A DNA stretch of 38,462 bases from a virus. The notes under the pieces are model-generated. The model did no database searches, had not been told where the DNA came from, and saw only the letters and a program-made list of their open reading frames with translations. This document shows positions 16,753-24,373 of the stretch, piece after piece. The number at the start of each line of letters is the position of its first letter. The stretch's first letter is position 1. Made by a program: the position numbers and the translations under genes. The DNA is taken from IMG/VR virus record IMGVR_UViG_3300002223_000005, positions 1 through 38,462 of that record; one strand, 5' to 3'.

Positions 16753-16950
16753 ATGACAATCGCAAATAGCCTCTATAAAACCGTTGATGTAGATAGCTCA
16801 GAAGGTGTTAGAAATCAGGTTATAAACTGGTGTGCAAACAATGAACATTTAGTTGTTTCTGTAGAAAATGAGGGTTTATTTTCGCACGCTGTTTTTACGG
16901 ATCAGTCAGCTATAAGTTTTGATGACTATAGCGTTTCTGTTGCCGGTTAA
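16753..16950 (+). CDS. Hypothetical acidic protein, first gene of an opposite-strand cassette
   Basis: 65-aa ORF with RBS aaggagaaagcaaaATG, followed by a GNRA hairpin (GCGCCC GAAA GGGCG, 16960-16975). Confidence 0.5.
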   Translation: MTIANSLYKTVDVDSSEGVRNQVINWCANNEHLVVSVENEGLFSHAVFTDQSAISFDDYSVSVAG

Positions 16951-16991
16951 CCAACCACCGCGCCCGAAAGGGCGTATCTAAGGAGAACAAA

Positions 16992-17168
16992 ATGCAACGC
17001 AAAGCTGAAATATCAAAATTAGTGGGTAGTGGATGGTTATTAGAAATAACATCGAATGGCATAATTATTAAGGACAGCCAGCATCCATCTTATGCATATG
17101 CCCGTGATTCCGCAAAATTGATGGGGCTAGATGTCCCTATTCTGCCTCCATTAGGTCTACGCGCATGA
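16992..17168 (+). CDS. Hypothetical protein (58 aa; below the ORF-track cutoff)
   Basis: Strong RBS AAGGAGAAcaaaATG. Translation MQRKAEISKLVGSGWLLEITSNGIIIKDSQ... The stop overlaps the next start (ATGA). Confidence 0.5.
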   Translation: MQRKAEISKLVGSGWLLEITSNGIIIKDSQHPSYAYARDSAKLMGLDVPILPPLGLRA

Positions 17169-17335
17169 AAGGCGGCAAACGTGAAGGAGCTGGGCGACCG
17201 GCTCCAAACGGGGAGATGGTTAACATAACCGTCCGGCTCCCGATAACGATGGTTGATGCACTAGACAAACGAGCGCTTAGCCGCTCTGAGTTTATCCGAT
17301 ATGCAATAAACTGCGCACTCAAAAAACCTGCGTAG
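17165..17335 (+). CDS. Ribbon-helix-helix (Arc/MetJ/CopG-type) DNA-binding protein (56 aa; below the ORF-track cutoff)
   Basis: Translation MKGGKREGAGRPAPNGEMVNITVRLPITMVDALDKRALSRSEFIRYAINCALKKPA has the classic beta-strand/helix/helix RHH pattern. Confidence 0.65.
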   Translation: MKGGKREGAGRPAPNGEMVNITVRLPITMVDALDKRALSRSEFIRYAINCALKKPA

Positions 17336-17356
17336 CCCGTTAATTCGGGCTTTTTT
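17334..17356 (+). terminator. Intrinsic terminator ending the plus-strand cassette
   Basis: AGCCCG-ttaatt-CGGGCT followed by TTTTT. Confidence 0.65.
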
Positions 17357-17936
17357 ACGCGCTTTTTGCGTACAACTGCGGATTCAATCGCTTATCAATC
17401 TCGATCAGTTGCTGACACGCCGACTCCCGATATTCTAAATAAACGTCCAGGCTCATCGTAAAATAAAAGGCTATGTCGGCTTGGGTGTAATTCGCGCCGG
17501 TGCGCTTGTTGTACTTGCGCTTATACTCTGGCCATGTCGTGATAACAGTCGCCCTCAAAAGTCCGTCACGGCGCGTTCTGGCCGTTGCCTTGATCTCGTC
17601 GAGCATTGCCTTGGCTTGGCGCTGCTCGTTCGTGATGATGATGTTTCGCAGCTTATATGCGCGGTTGATCTCGCCGTCTTTGTGCGGGCTGTTTCGGTCT
17701 TGCTTTGCGTGAATAGGGCAGATCTCGCGCTTTTCGTCATTGCTGTCCTTTCTGTATTTCTTGCTTAACAAGCGCCTAATAATTCCTAGTATACGTTTTT
17801 CTTTGCTGCGTTGTTCCAGTGCCTGACTTAATCCAGTGCCCTCCTTTGCAATGCAGTCGATTAAATTATCATTGTCCGAGTATTCAAGCCACAAATTAAC
17901 GATCTGTTCAACCCTTTGGCAATCTTTATAATTCAT
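17355..17936 (-). CDS. Hypothetical protein; by position a candidate late-gene regulator
   Basis: 193-aa basic protein and the last early-right gene before the late-control region. I recognise no motif. Confidence 0.45.
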   Translation of the reverse strand: MNYKDCQRVEQIVNLWLEYSDNDNLIDCIAKEGTGLSQALEQRSKEKRILGIIRRLLSKKYRKDSNDEKREICPIHAKQDRNSPHKDGEINRAYKLRNIIITNEQRQAKAMLDEIKATARTRRDGLLRATVITTWPEYKRKYNKRTGANYTQADIAFYFTMSLDVYLEYRESACQQLIEIDKRLNPQLYAKSA

Positions 17937-17987
17937 CGCTAGACCTCAGTTTTTTTATCGGTTCAGATCGGTCGCAGTGAAAATTAC

Positions 17988-18143
17988 TCATTTTTTAAGC
18001 GCCTTTTCGGCACATTTTTGCGCATAATCCGGATCGGCTCGCTTGCGCCAATAGCAAACGTCGCATAGATGTTTGTCTGCTTTATCCCGGCCATTGCTGT
18101 TTAAATTGATCGCATAGCTGCCGCACATTGCACATTTATTCAT
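17988..18143 (-). CDS. Small zinc-ribbon-like protein (51 aa; below the ORF-track cutoff)
   Basis: Hand translation MNKCAMCGSYAINLNSNGRDKADKHLCDVCYWRKRADPDYAQKCAEKALKK contains two CxxC pairs. Confidence 0.4.
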   Translation of the reverse strand: MNKCAMCGSYAINLNSNGRDKADKHLCDVCYWRKRADPDYAQKCAEKALKK

Positions 18144-18154
18144 TCCGCCACACT

Positions 18155-18331
18155 CTATTTATTGCCCATAAATCTGCGTAAAAAATCGGAAATGTCTGTT
18201 TTTGGATCTAGCAGCGCTTGAATTTCTCTGTCGCAATCCTCGCAATAAACGACAATTCCACGTCTAACTTTTGCATCTCGCAAAGTGGCCATTGGCTTTT
18301 CGCATCGTCTGCAATCTAGTTGTCTGCTCAT
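18155..18331 (-). CDS. Small zinc-ribbon-like protein (58 aa; below the ORF-track cutoff)
   Basis: Hand translation MSRQLDCRRCEKPMATLRDAKVRRGIVVYCEDCDREIQ... contains two CxxC pairs. ATGA overlap with the DUF1064 gene. Confidence 0.45.
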   Translation of the reverse strand: MSRQLDCRRCEKPMATLRDAKVRRGIVVYCEDCDREIQALLDPKTDISDFLRRFMGNK

Positions 18332-18639
18332 GTCTCAAAAATCTCTATGCCGTAAATGGCCGCAATCAGTCGTTTTTTTATTTGGTAGACACTAGTTCGG
18401 ACGCCCTTAACATCCTCAACGATCTGTTTAATGCCCTGCCAATACCTGAAATCTGCCCGGTAAAATCCAATATTGACGCCGTTCACAACGAGATCATATT
18501 TCGGTTGCAGCTCCAGTCGATCTATCTCTCCAGCGCGTTCTAACAGCTTTAATTGCTGATATCGTGCTGCCTCCTTTTTTGAGTCAAACGTGATACCGTC
18601 AATGGTTGTTTTCACTGCGCCGTATTTTGTGCGGATCAT
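18328..18639 (-). CDS. DUF1064-family protein
   Basis: IDGITFDSKKEAARYQQLKLLERAGEIDRLELQPKY...ADFRY...VEDVKG..T.VYQIKKRL closely follows the DUF1064 consensus as I recall it. Confidence 0.75.
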   Translation of the reverse strand: MIRTKYGAVKTTIDGITFDSKKEAARYQQLKLLERAGEIDRLELQPKYDLVVNGVNIGFYRADFRYWQGIKQIVEDVKGVRTSVYQIKKRLIAAIYGIEIFET

Positions 18640-18655
18640 TTCGCCCCCTTGATTG

Positions 18656-18855
18656 TGATTAGTGCCCGTCTTTCCGGGCTGTCAGCGAGTTATCCCCGCT
18701 GATTACCGATTCCTGGTGCGCGTCCGTCGGGTACTCCCAACAGTCCAGGTGATACCTGTAGATTCAGGTCTAAGTTTGCGCCCTGCCGGTATTTACCGCC
18801 TGGGTTGTCTCACTGCTTCCCCATTGCGTCCGGCATTTTCTGTTAGGCGTTACGG
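18656..18855 (-). ncRNA. Candidate structured RNA or cis-regulatory leader (family unknown)
   Basis: A 200-nt ORF-free, visibly GC-richer gap in an otherwise overlapping operon. Helices: 18784-18789/18830-18835 enclosing 18797-18804/18820-18828; 18746-18758; 18727-18740; 18682-18702; 18664-18679. Confidence 0.3.
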
Positions 18856-19227
18856 TTATTCTCCACTATCAAAAATCTCGTTTAAAACTCCATCCGGCGG
18901 TATTGATAGCCCCATAATCCGCATTCCCTCAACGAGTCTGCGAAATAAACAAGCCTGCGCGCCGAATGTCTCAGTAAACCTATGTTTGTAGTGCGTCACA
19001 TTGAGCGGGTGATTGCTCGACACGTCATGCAGTTCGACCGGAACAGGCAAAATAAACCAGTGCCCGATTTCGACTTTATTGTGTTTTGCGCTACGGCCAC
19101 ACGGATGATGGACGTGGTAGCCAAAATATTGCTCATATCCAGGGTACAGATAGCCCAGCGTATAGCGTTCGATAAATAGGCAAACATGGTCTATAAACCG
19201 CTTCTGTGCTGCGTTTGGTTGTTTCAT
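18856..19227 (-). CDS. His-rich putative nuclease-like protein (DUF968/NinG-like look)
   Basis: GYHVHHPCGRSAKHNKVEIGHWFILPVPVELHD is reminiscent of HNH/His-Me finger phage proteins. The nin-like context fits. Confidence 0.35.
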   Translation of the reverse strand: MKQPNAAQKRFIDHVCLFIERYTLGYLYPGYEQYFGYHVHHPCGRSAKHNKVEIGHWFILPVPVELHDVSSNHPLNVTHYKHRFTETFGAQACLFRRLVEGMRIMGLSIPPDGVLNEIFDSGE

Positions 19228-19691
19228 GCCGCCCGCCTCAGTTCGTCTTTGTACATTTCGCCATCTGCCGCAAATCTAACGCCATGTTCTGCGCCAAAGC
19301 ACATCAAAAAATCAATAAAACCGTTCGCTTCTTTCACGTTAAAATCAGTCGTTGACGGCCTATGCGTAATAAACTCGTCATTATCCAGGCTTAGAACTGA
19401 CGTTGATCCGTGAGCTAGGTTCTCACCGTTGGCAATCAGTTCCTTTTCAAACTTTCTAACGAGGTACGCTTTCCAGTCCTTGAACGAGTACGGTCTATCT
19501 AACTTAATCTGCGTTGAAATCTCTGTAATCAACGCGTGAAACAGCCTATTTTGCTTATCCCTGCGCGATTCACGCCCCAGCGTCAGAATGACCTTACCCG
19601 CCGCTAAACCCCTCAAAATCAATTCAGAGATGGTTTTTAGCATCGGCTGAACTTGCTCTGATTTGTCGATTGCAAATTTAAGCATCTTCAT
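19224..19691 (-). CDS. ninB: NinB (Orf) family recombination mediator
   Basis: KVILTLGRESRRDKQNRLFHALITEIS parallels lambda NinB IVVTIQERNRSLDQNRKLWACLGDVS. I prefer the start MKMLKF at 19691. Confidence 0.65.
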   Translation of the reverse strand: MKMLKFAIDKSEQVQPMLKTISELILRGLAAGKVILTLGRESRRDKQNRLFHALITEISTQIKLDRPYSFKDWKAYLVRKFEKELIANGENLAHGSTSVLSLDNDEFITHRPSTTDFNVKEANGFIDFLMCFGAEHGVRFAADGEMYKDELRRAA

Positions 19692-19881
19692 CTTTCCGAC
19701 TCGCCCGTTTTGCAAACGCCCTGGTTATTTCAGTCACGCGATACGCCCCTTTTTCTGCGCTGCATCCAGACAGTTTGCAGTGCAACAGATCTTCAAACGC
19801 AATCCTTTTTAACGTGCATTCTGCTAGCTCGTTGTCATGCTCTATGACCAACTCGACCGACACGATTACGTTAGTTTTCAT
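19678..19881 (-). CDS. Hypothetical protein
   Basis: 67-aa ORF in operon orientation. Confidence 0.45.
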   Translation of the reverse strand: MKTNVIVSVELVIEHDNELAECTLKRIAFEDLLHCKLSGCSAEKGAYRVTEITRAFAKRASRKDEDA

Positions 19882-19891
19882 TTCGCCTTCC

Positions 19892-20821
19892 TCATGCTGC
19901 CGTTTCGTTCAAATCGTCTTCAAAAAGACTTTTCTGCTTTACTGAGTGCAAACAGTGAGGACTAAACCAGATCCTTTCTTTTTCTGAATTTTCACGGCCT
20001 TTGCTTTTTGCTTGCGATCCATAACCTCCAGATGCCTTCCATTCAACCTCGTGCCAGTTTTCAGGCATTTCATGCTCCCCGGCATAACCACAAAGCGCTA
20101 TCCGATAGAGTTTGTTATCGCCGTTTTCGATAGCCCATTTTCTGACATCATGCGCAACGTCCGCGCTGTCAACCGCATAGGATTGATTGCGCTCACTCGC
20201 ATAAGGTGGATCTAAAAAAACGCCGGTTGTACCGTGTTTAATTGTCACGCTATCACCCATCACCCGCGCCCAGTCGCCACACGCCACACGCACGCCGCGT
20301 AATCGTTCCGCTAGCTGTTCAAAATATTCAGCGATCCCCCGTCCTGCATCCCCGAGGTGGGGAAGCTTTCGGTTAATCCCCCGTCCTGCATCCCCGAGGT
20401 GCGGAATTTTAGCGCTCTCAGCATGACACCACCCATCACCAATCCATGAACACAAACCCCACACCCACCAGCCAGCTATTTTTGCATCGTAATATTCAGG
20501 GTCTTTTTTTATTCGCTCCCTGAAGTCGTTTTGAGCGATCAGCCATTTATGCCTAGCTAACAAATCAGCCTCGTTAACAGGCCAATCTGCGGCCTTCGCT
20601 GTGCCCTCTGGATCGTTTGCAATCGCTCGCCAAAAATTAGCCAGGTAACAATCCGCATCGTTCACGGTTTCAGTTCTTGGCTTTGTTGGCCTGCCGAGCA
20701 GCACAGCCAGCGACCCAGCAAACGGTTCAACATAATTCGAAACATCGCCAAATTGCGCCCAAACCAAATCGGACACTCGGCGCTTGCCTCCAAACCAGGG
20801 GAATGGTGCCTTTAAAATCAT
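19892..20821 (-). CDS. dam: DNA N6-adenine methyltransferase (Dam-like, D12 class)
   Basis: N-terminal PFPWFGGKRR, motif I EPFAGSLAV and catalytic DPPY (VFLDPPYASE). Confidence 0.85.
   Translation of the reverse strand: MILKAPFPWFGGKRRVSDLVWAQFGDVSNYVEPFAGSLAVLLGRPTKPRTETVNDADCYLANFWRAIANDPEGTAKAADWPVNEADLLARHKWLIAQNDFRERIKKDPEYYDAKIAGWWVWGLCSWIGDGWCHAESAKIPHLGDAGRGINRKLPHLGDAGRGIAEYFEQLAERLRGVRVACGDWARVMGDSVTIKHGTTGVFLDPPYASERNQSYAVDSADVAHDVRKWAIENGDNKLYRIALCGYAGEHEMPENWHEVEWKASGGYGSQAKSKGRENSEKERIWFSPHCLHSVKQKSLFEDDLNETAA
20334..20401. repeat. In-frame 42-bp tandem duplication inside the methyltransferase gene
   Basis: atcccccgtcctgcatccccgaggtg occurs at 20334-20359 and again at 20376-20401. 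It encodes (I/L)PHLGDAGRGI twice. Confidence 0.85.
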
Positions 20822-21027
20822 TTCGTCTTCTTCCCCGGTTTGTTCGCTTTTCCTGAACTTCCATGCGCGTAGTCAGTCTGCCCAAACACCCCGTTAGCGA
20901 TCTTTTTGACCTTGCCGCCCTTGCGCAGAAAGGCCTTGATATCTTGATCTATCTGATAACTTTCTTTGGTGCGAAGATGATTATTTGTTATCGCCATCGT
21001 TGCTGTTTCTTGGTTTCCAAATTTCAC
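20818..21027 (-). CDS. Hypothetical protein
   Basis: I prefer the GTG at 21027 (GAGGAG 8 nt upstream, GTGA overlap with the upstream stop) over the track start at 21036. Confidence 0.45.
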   Translation of the reverse strand: MKFGNQETATMAITNNHLRTKESYQIDQDIKAFLRKGGKVKKIANGVFGQTDYAHGSSGKANKPGKKTK

Positions 21028-21464
21028 GCTGCACACTCCTCAAAATCTTTTTCTCTGATCGAATCAGTACCCAATACTTCCATCGTCATATGCGTGGTCA
21101 CGTAGTGTTTCATCTGCGCTTCCCCGAATATTTCCTCGATCAGTTTTTGGTAGTGCCCGTCTGCCTCGCTCAAAATTCCATGGATCACCATATCGGCCCC
21201 TCGAAAGTACTTTTTGCCATCCAGCGCCTTGAATTCGACTTCAACGATGACTTTCCACTTGAGCTTTCGTCGCGAGGTCAAGCCGGTAAAAAAGTCCTTC
21301 GACTTGTGAATTCCGAGATCCTTAAGCGCGTTTCGGTGGCCTAGTTTGGTGTGCGTGATATCTGGATCAGCAGACAACGGATCGACTGACTGCCAGGAAA
21401 ACGTCGCGCCAACGATCAGCTCAAGGAACTTTTTATACTCGTTGTATTGCTTTCGCTTTTTCAT
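21024..21464 (-). CDS. Hypothetical protein
   Basis: 146-aa ORF with 4-nt coupling to the upstream gene. Confidence 0.5.
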   Translation of the reverse strand: MKKRKQYNEYKKFLELIVGATFSWQSVDPLSADPDITHTKLGHRNALKDLGIHKSKDFFTGLTSRRKLKWKVIVEVEFKALDGKKYFRGADMVIHGILSEADGHYQKLIEEIFGEAQMKHYVTTHMTMEVLGTDSIREKDFEECAA

Positions 21465-21757
21465 CGCACCACCTCAAGATGGGGCCTTCTAAATGCTGGC
21501 TCGTAATACGCATAACGGCGGCTTACTGGGTTGAATGATGGCTTGTCGCCCCGCCTTGCATGTGTTTTTTGGTCGTATTCAATCCAGTAGAAATAACCGT
21601 AATAATCAGGCATTTCTAAGACCAACAAACGATCTTCCATTTCGTTTAGTTTACATTCGATTTCCATCCAATCTTCGCCGAAGTCGAATGCCATATCCTC
21701 AGATCTAGGCTGCTCATTTTTGCGGACATAATCCAAAAGCATTTGATCGGTAATCAT
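21461..21757 (-). CDS. Hypothetical protein
   Basis: 98-aa ORF with 4-nt overlaps on both sides. Confidence 0.5.
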   Translation of the reverse strand: MITDQMLLDYVRKNEQPRSEDMAFDFGEDWMEIECKLNEMEDRLLVLEMPDYYGYFYWIEYDQKTHARRGDKPSFNPVSRRYAYYEPAFRRPHLEVVR

Positions 21758-23037
21758 TGAGCGCTCCTAATACTGGTCACATTGCTTTGCGAGTCTCTAA
21801 ATTTAAAATATGGCCCGTCATAACTAACCAAAATATCGCCGGTTGGGCCGTGCCTGTTTTTGCAAATGTGTAGCAACGTTTTTCCTTTTTCGCGCATGTC
21901 GTCATTTCGGTATAGCGTGATAACCTGATCGGCTTCATATTCACAAATTGAGGCGTCTGATAAGTGACCCATACCGGGCGGCCCGTCAATGCTATCGGCG
22001 GCCCTGGTTACTTTGGATATGCCGATAATCGGGATGCTAAGCTCTTTGGCGAGTTCTTTTAGTGCTAGGACAACTTCAGTCACTCGCTCAATGTCTCTTT
22101 GCGTAGCTGTAGAACCTTTAATTTTTTGGATGTAGTCAACCACCAGCAAGCCGATCTTGCGTTCTTGCTTCCAGCGTCGCGCCTGTTTTTGTATCGTGCT
22201 GATACTCATTGCAGGTTCGTCGTTAAAGAAAATCGGTTTATTTTTTATGTTCTCAACCGTTCTTGGCATCCGTCCGTATTCCATTTCAGTGAGGCTGGCC
22301 GACCTGAAATTCTTGGAATTTATTTGTCCTTCGATGCAAATTAACCTGGCTCCGATTTGTTCATAACTCTGCTCGGCTGAGAAAAACCCGACTGGAACAT
22401 CTGCGTTATATGCGAAATTGATTGCCATCGCGGTTTTGCCTACTGCGGGTCTTGCGCCCAAGATGATCAAATCGGAATCGTGGAAGCCTCCAAGCTGCTC
22501 ATCCACCTCGGATAGGCCAGAGGTGACACCGATAAGCCCGCCACGTTTAACCGCTTCTTCGTACGCTTCTAGCGCTCCAATAACAGCGTCCTTGGTCGTG
22601 TGCTCATATCGTTTTGATACCCTGTCCAGCTCCATCAGCGACTTGATTGCTTCGCTCACCACGTTTTTCTTATCGTGGTCGCTGTCTAAATCAAATAACG
22701 CTCTGTTAAAAATTGCCTTGGCTTTTCTGAGTTCTGAGGATGACTTTACGACTTGACTAAAATATTCCATGTTCTGCGGCTGCGAGGCGCACTTTGTAAC
22801 CAATTCGATCATAAACACCATGTCAACGCATGCACCGCCAAAATTCTGCTCTATGGCTTCACCGACCGACACGACATCAACCACGTGTTTATCAGAAATG
22901 ACTTTCTGAATAGCTTCAAAAATTACCTGGTGCGAATTCACGCTAAAATCTTGAATGGACAAATTGCACTGGGCGATTCGCGAACCATCATCGAGCAGCA
23001 ATCCAAGAATCTGTTGTTCCATGTTGATGTTTTTCAT
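21754..23037 (-). CDS. dnaB: Replicative DNA helicase (DnaB family)
   Basis: N-terminal EQQILGLLLDD, Walker A GARPAVGKT, Walker B LLVVDYIQ, and a typical length of 427 aa. Confidence 0.9.
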   Translation of the reverse strand: MKNINMEQQILGLLLDDGSRIAQCNLSIQDFSVNSHQVIFEAIQKVISDKHVVDVVSVGEAIEQNFGGACVDMVFMIELVTKCASQPQNMEYFSQVVKSSSELRKAKAIFNRALFDLDSDHDKKNVVSEAIKSLMELDRVSKRYEHTTKDAVIGALEAYEEAVKRGGLIGVTSGLSEVDEQLGGFHDSDLIILGARPAVGKTAMAINFAYNADVPVGFFSAEQSYEQIGARLICIEGQINSKNFRSASLTEMEYGRMPRTVENIKNKPIFFNDEPAMSISTIQKQARRWKQERKIGLLVVDYIQKIKGSTATQRDIERVTEVVLALKELAKELSIPIIGISKVTRAADSIDGPPGMGHLSDASICEYEADQVITLYRNDDMREKGKTLLHICKNRHGPTGDILVSYDGPYFKFRDSQSNVTSIRSAQ

Positions 23038-23804
23038 TGCTGCGCCACCGTTGGGAATGGTTTGATCTGATAACCGCCGATCTGTTGGCTGGTTGGTTGT
23101 TTAATCGGAATCACGTTTGTGTTTTGCATCCAAGCGGCCTCGAAGCCTGTCCATGATTTGTAAATAATCATTTCGAAACACTGGTCAACTGAATAACCAA
23201 GCTGGCTAGCTAAAACCAATTCCTTGCCAAGCTTGTCGATAACTGTTTGTGAGATTTTTGCTTTCTTGGATCTTCGGAGTTCTGTCCATTCCTTGAGAAT
23301 CTTTTCACTTGGCAAGGAAGGCCAGGATTTGTAATCCAGGTTTGTTTTTTGGGGCGCTGGCGCTACCGGCGCAATATCATTCTTTTCATTCTTAACATTC
23401 TTAAAACATTCTTGTTTATCGTCGGTCTGTTCGTCGCCTGTTCGTCGGTCGTTCGTCGGTCGTTCGTCGCTTTGTTCGTCGCTTGTGTTTACGTTTATAT
23501 CGTAAATGCTTGAATCTATTAGCTTTCCGACTGTTCCTGCCTTCGTCGCTTTGAACGTCGCTATTTGCCACATTTCTAAATTTTTCTTCGCAGTCCTGTA
23601 TTTTCTGTCCGTCAGGTTATATTCACCAATATCGCCTAAATGACACTCGCCAATTTCAAGTTTTGTTATCGGGCAAGGCGTTCTTCTGGCTCTTAAAGCC
23701 ATGACTGTGAGAAGAATAAATTCCTCATGGAATCCCTTCTTGATCATGGTTTCCAATGCGTCAGAACTGCGCATTAACTTTAAAAAGCCGGAGCCGTAAC
23801 TCAC
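23034..23804 (-). CDS. Replication initiation protein (lambda O-like role) carrying the putative origin
   Basis: Lies immediately upstream of dnaB with a 4-nt overlap. It has a winged-helix-like N-terminus, and iterons plus an AT-rich tract lie inside an acidic low-complexity linker. Confidence 0.55.
   Translation of the reverse strand: MSYGSGFLKLMRSSDALETMIKKGFHEEFILLTVMALRARRTPCPITKLEIGECHLGDIGEYNLTDRKYRTAKKNLEMWQIATFKATKAGTVGKLIDSSIYDINVNTSDEQSDERPTNDRRTGDEQTDDKQECFKNVKNEKNDIAPVAPAPQKTNLDYKSWPSLPSEKILKEWTELRRSKKAKISQTVIDKLGKELVLASQLGYSVDQCFEMIIYKSWTGFEAAWMQNTNVIPIKQPTSQQIGGYQIKPFPTVAQQ
23417..23481. repeat. Origin-type iterons: six (G/A)T(T/A)CGTCG units with 11-12-bp phasing
   Basis: GTTCGTCG at 23429, 23440, 23451, 23462 and 23474, plus TATCGTCG at 23417. 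An AT-rich stretch follows at 23484-23530. Confidence 0.6.
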
Positions 23805-23805
23805 A

Positions 23806-24102
23806 TTAAATCCCCAAACTCTCAGCGAGTTCTTTCACCGCTTTTTCATACTCTTCGCAGTCCAAATTGGCTTCAAAAAGATGCCTTTTTCCCTGCTCAT
23901 AGAGTTCATAAATGTTCTCTGTTTGGTCTTCTTTTCGTCGAAAAAACAGCACGTTTTGACCCCTTTGAGGCCCTGTATTTTTCCGCTTATCCAACTTGTT
24001 CGTCAGGATAAAATTTATTGACTCATCCATGCTCAGGTTAGGAAATTCGTTAGCTATTTGTTGCATCTGCTCGCCACTTATTTTTAGTGTCAATATGCTC
24101 AT
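23806..24102 (-). CDS. Hypothetical protein
   Basis: 98-aa ORF in the early-right operon. Confidence 0.5.
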   Translation of the reverse strand: MSILTLKISGEQMQQIANEFPNLSMDESINFILTNKLDKRKNTGPQRGQNVLFFRRKEDQTENIYELYEQGKRHLFEANLDCEEYEKAVKELAESLGI

Positions 24103-24135
24103 CTGTGGGCCTCAAAGGGGACTGCGTGGCGACTT

Positions 24136-24318
24136 CTACGCCTGTTTTTGTTCTGATACCGTCTGCATGTCTTTTAAGTACTGCTCAATAATATCGTGGG
24201 CTATTTGCGTCCTGGTTCGGCCATCGCGCTTTAACAGCTCGTTCAATTTTTCGTTGTTGTAATCGTTGAGCCTGATTTTTAGCTCGTGCTCCTTCACAAG
24301 TGATCTATCGTTGAGCAT
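24136..24318 (-). CDS. Small regulator, ribbon-helix-helix-like, in the cII position
   Basis: HELKIRLNDYNNEKLNELLKRDGRTRTQIAHDIIEQYL fits a strand-helix-helix pattern. GGAGGTGA lies upstream. Confidence 0.4.
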   Translation of the reverse strand: MLNDRSLVKEHELKIRLNDYNNEKLNELLKRDGRTRTQIAHDIIEQYLKDMQTVSEQKQA

Positions 24319-24342
24319 GATTTAAGTTCTCACCTCCAGGTG

Positions 24343-24368
24343 AAAAAAATGCCAGCGGTTAGGCTGGC
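24343..24368 (-). terminator. Intrinsic terminator between the Cro-like gene and the rest of the early-right operon (tR1-like)
   Basis: Minus strand reads GCCAGC-ctaacc-GCTGGC A TTTTTTT. Confidence 0.7.
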
Positions 24369-24373
24369 TAGGG

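Noticed and set aside
18662-18991. 109-aa plus-strand ORF over the GC-rich intergenic segment; also CCGCCTGGG (18796-18804) resembling the 3' part of a ZTP (pfl) riboswitch
   Set aside because: The ORF is antisense to the operon, overlaps the next gene and has an R/P/S-rich composition typical of GC-rich noise. The ZTP-like 9-mer is on the non-transcribed strand, and the 5' pfl subdomain is not evident.
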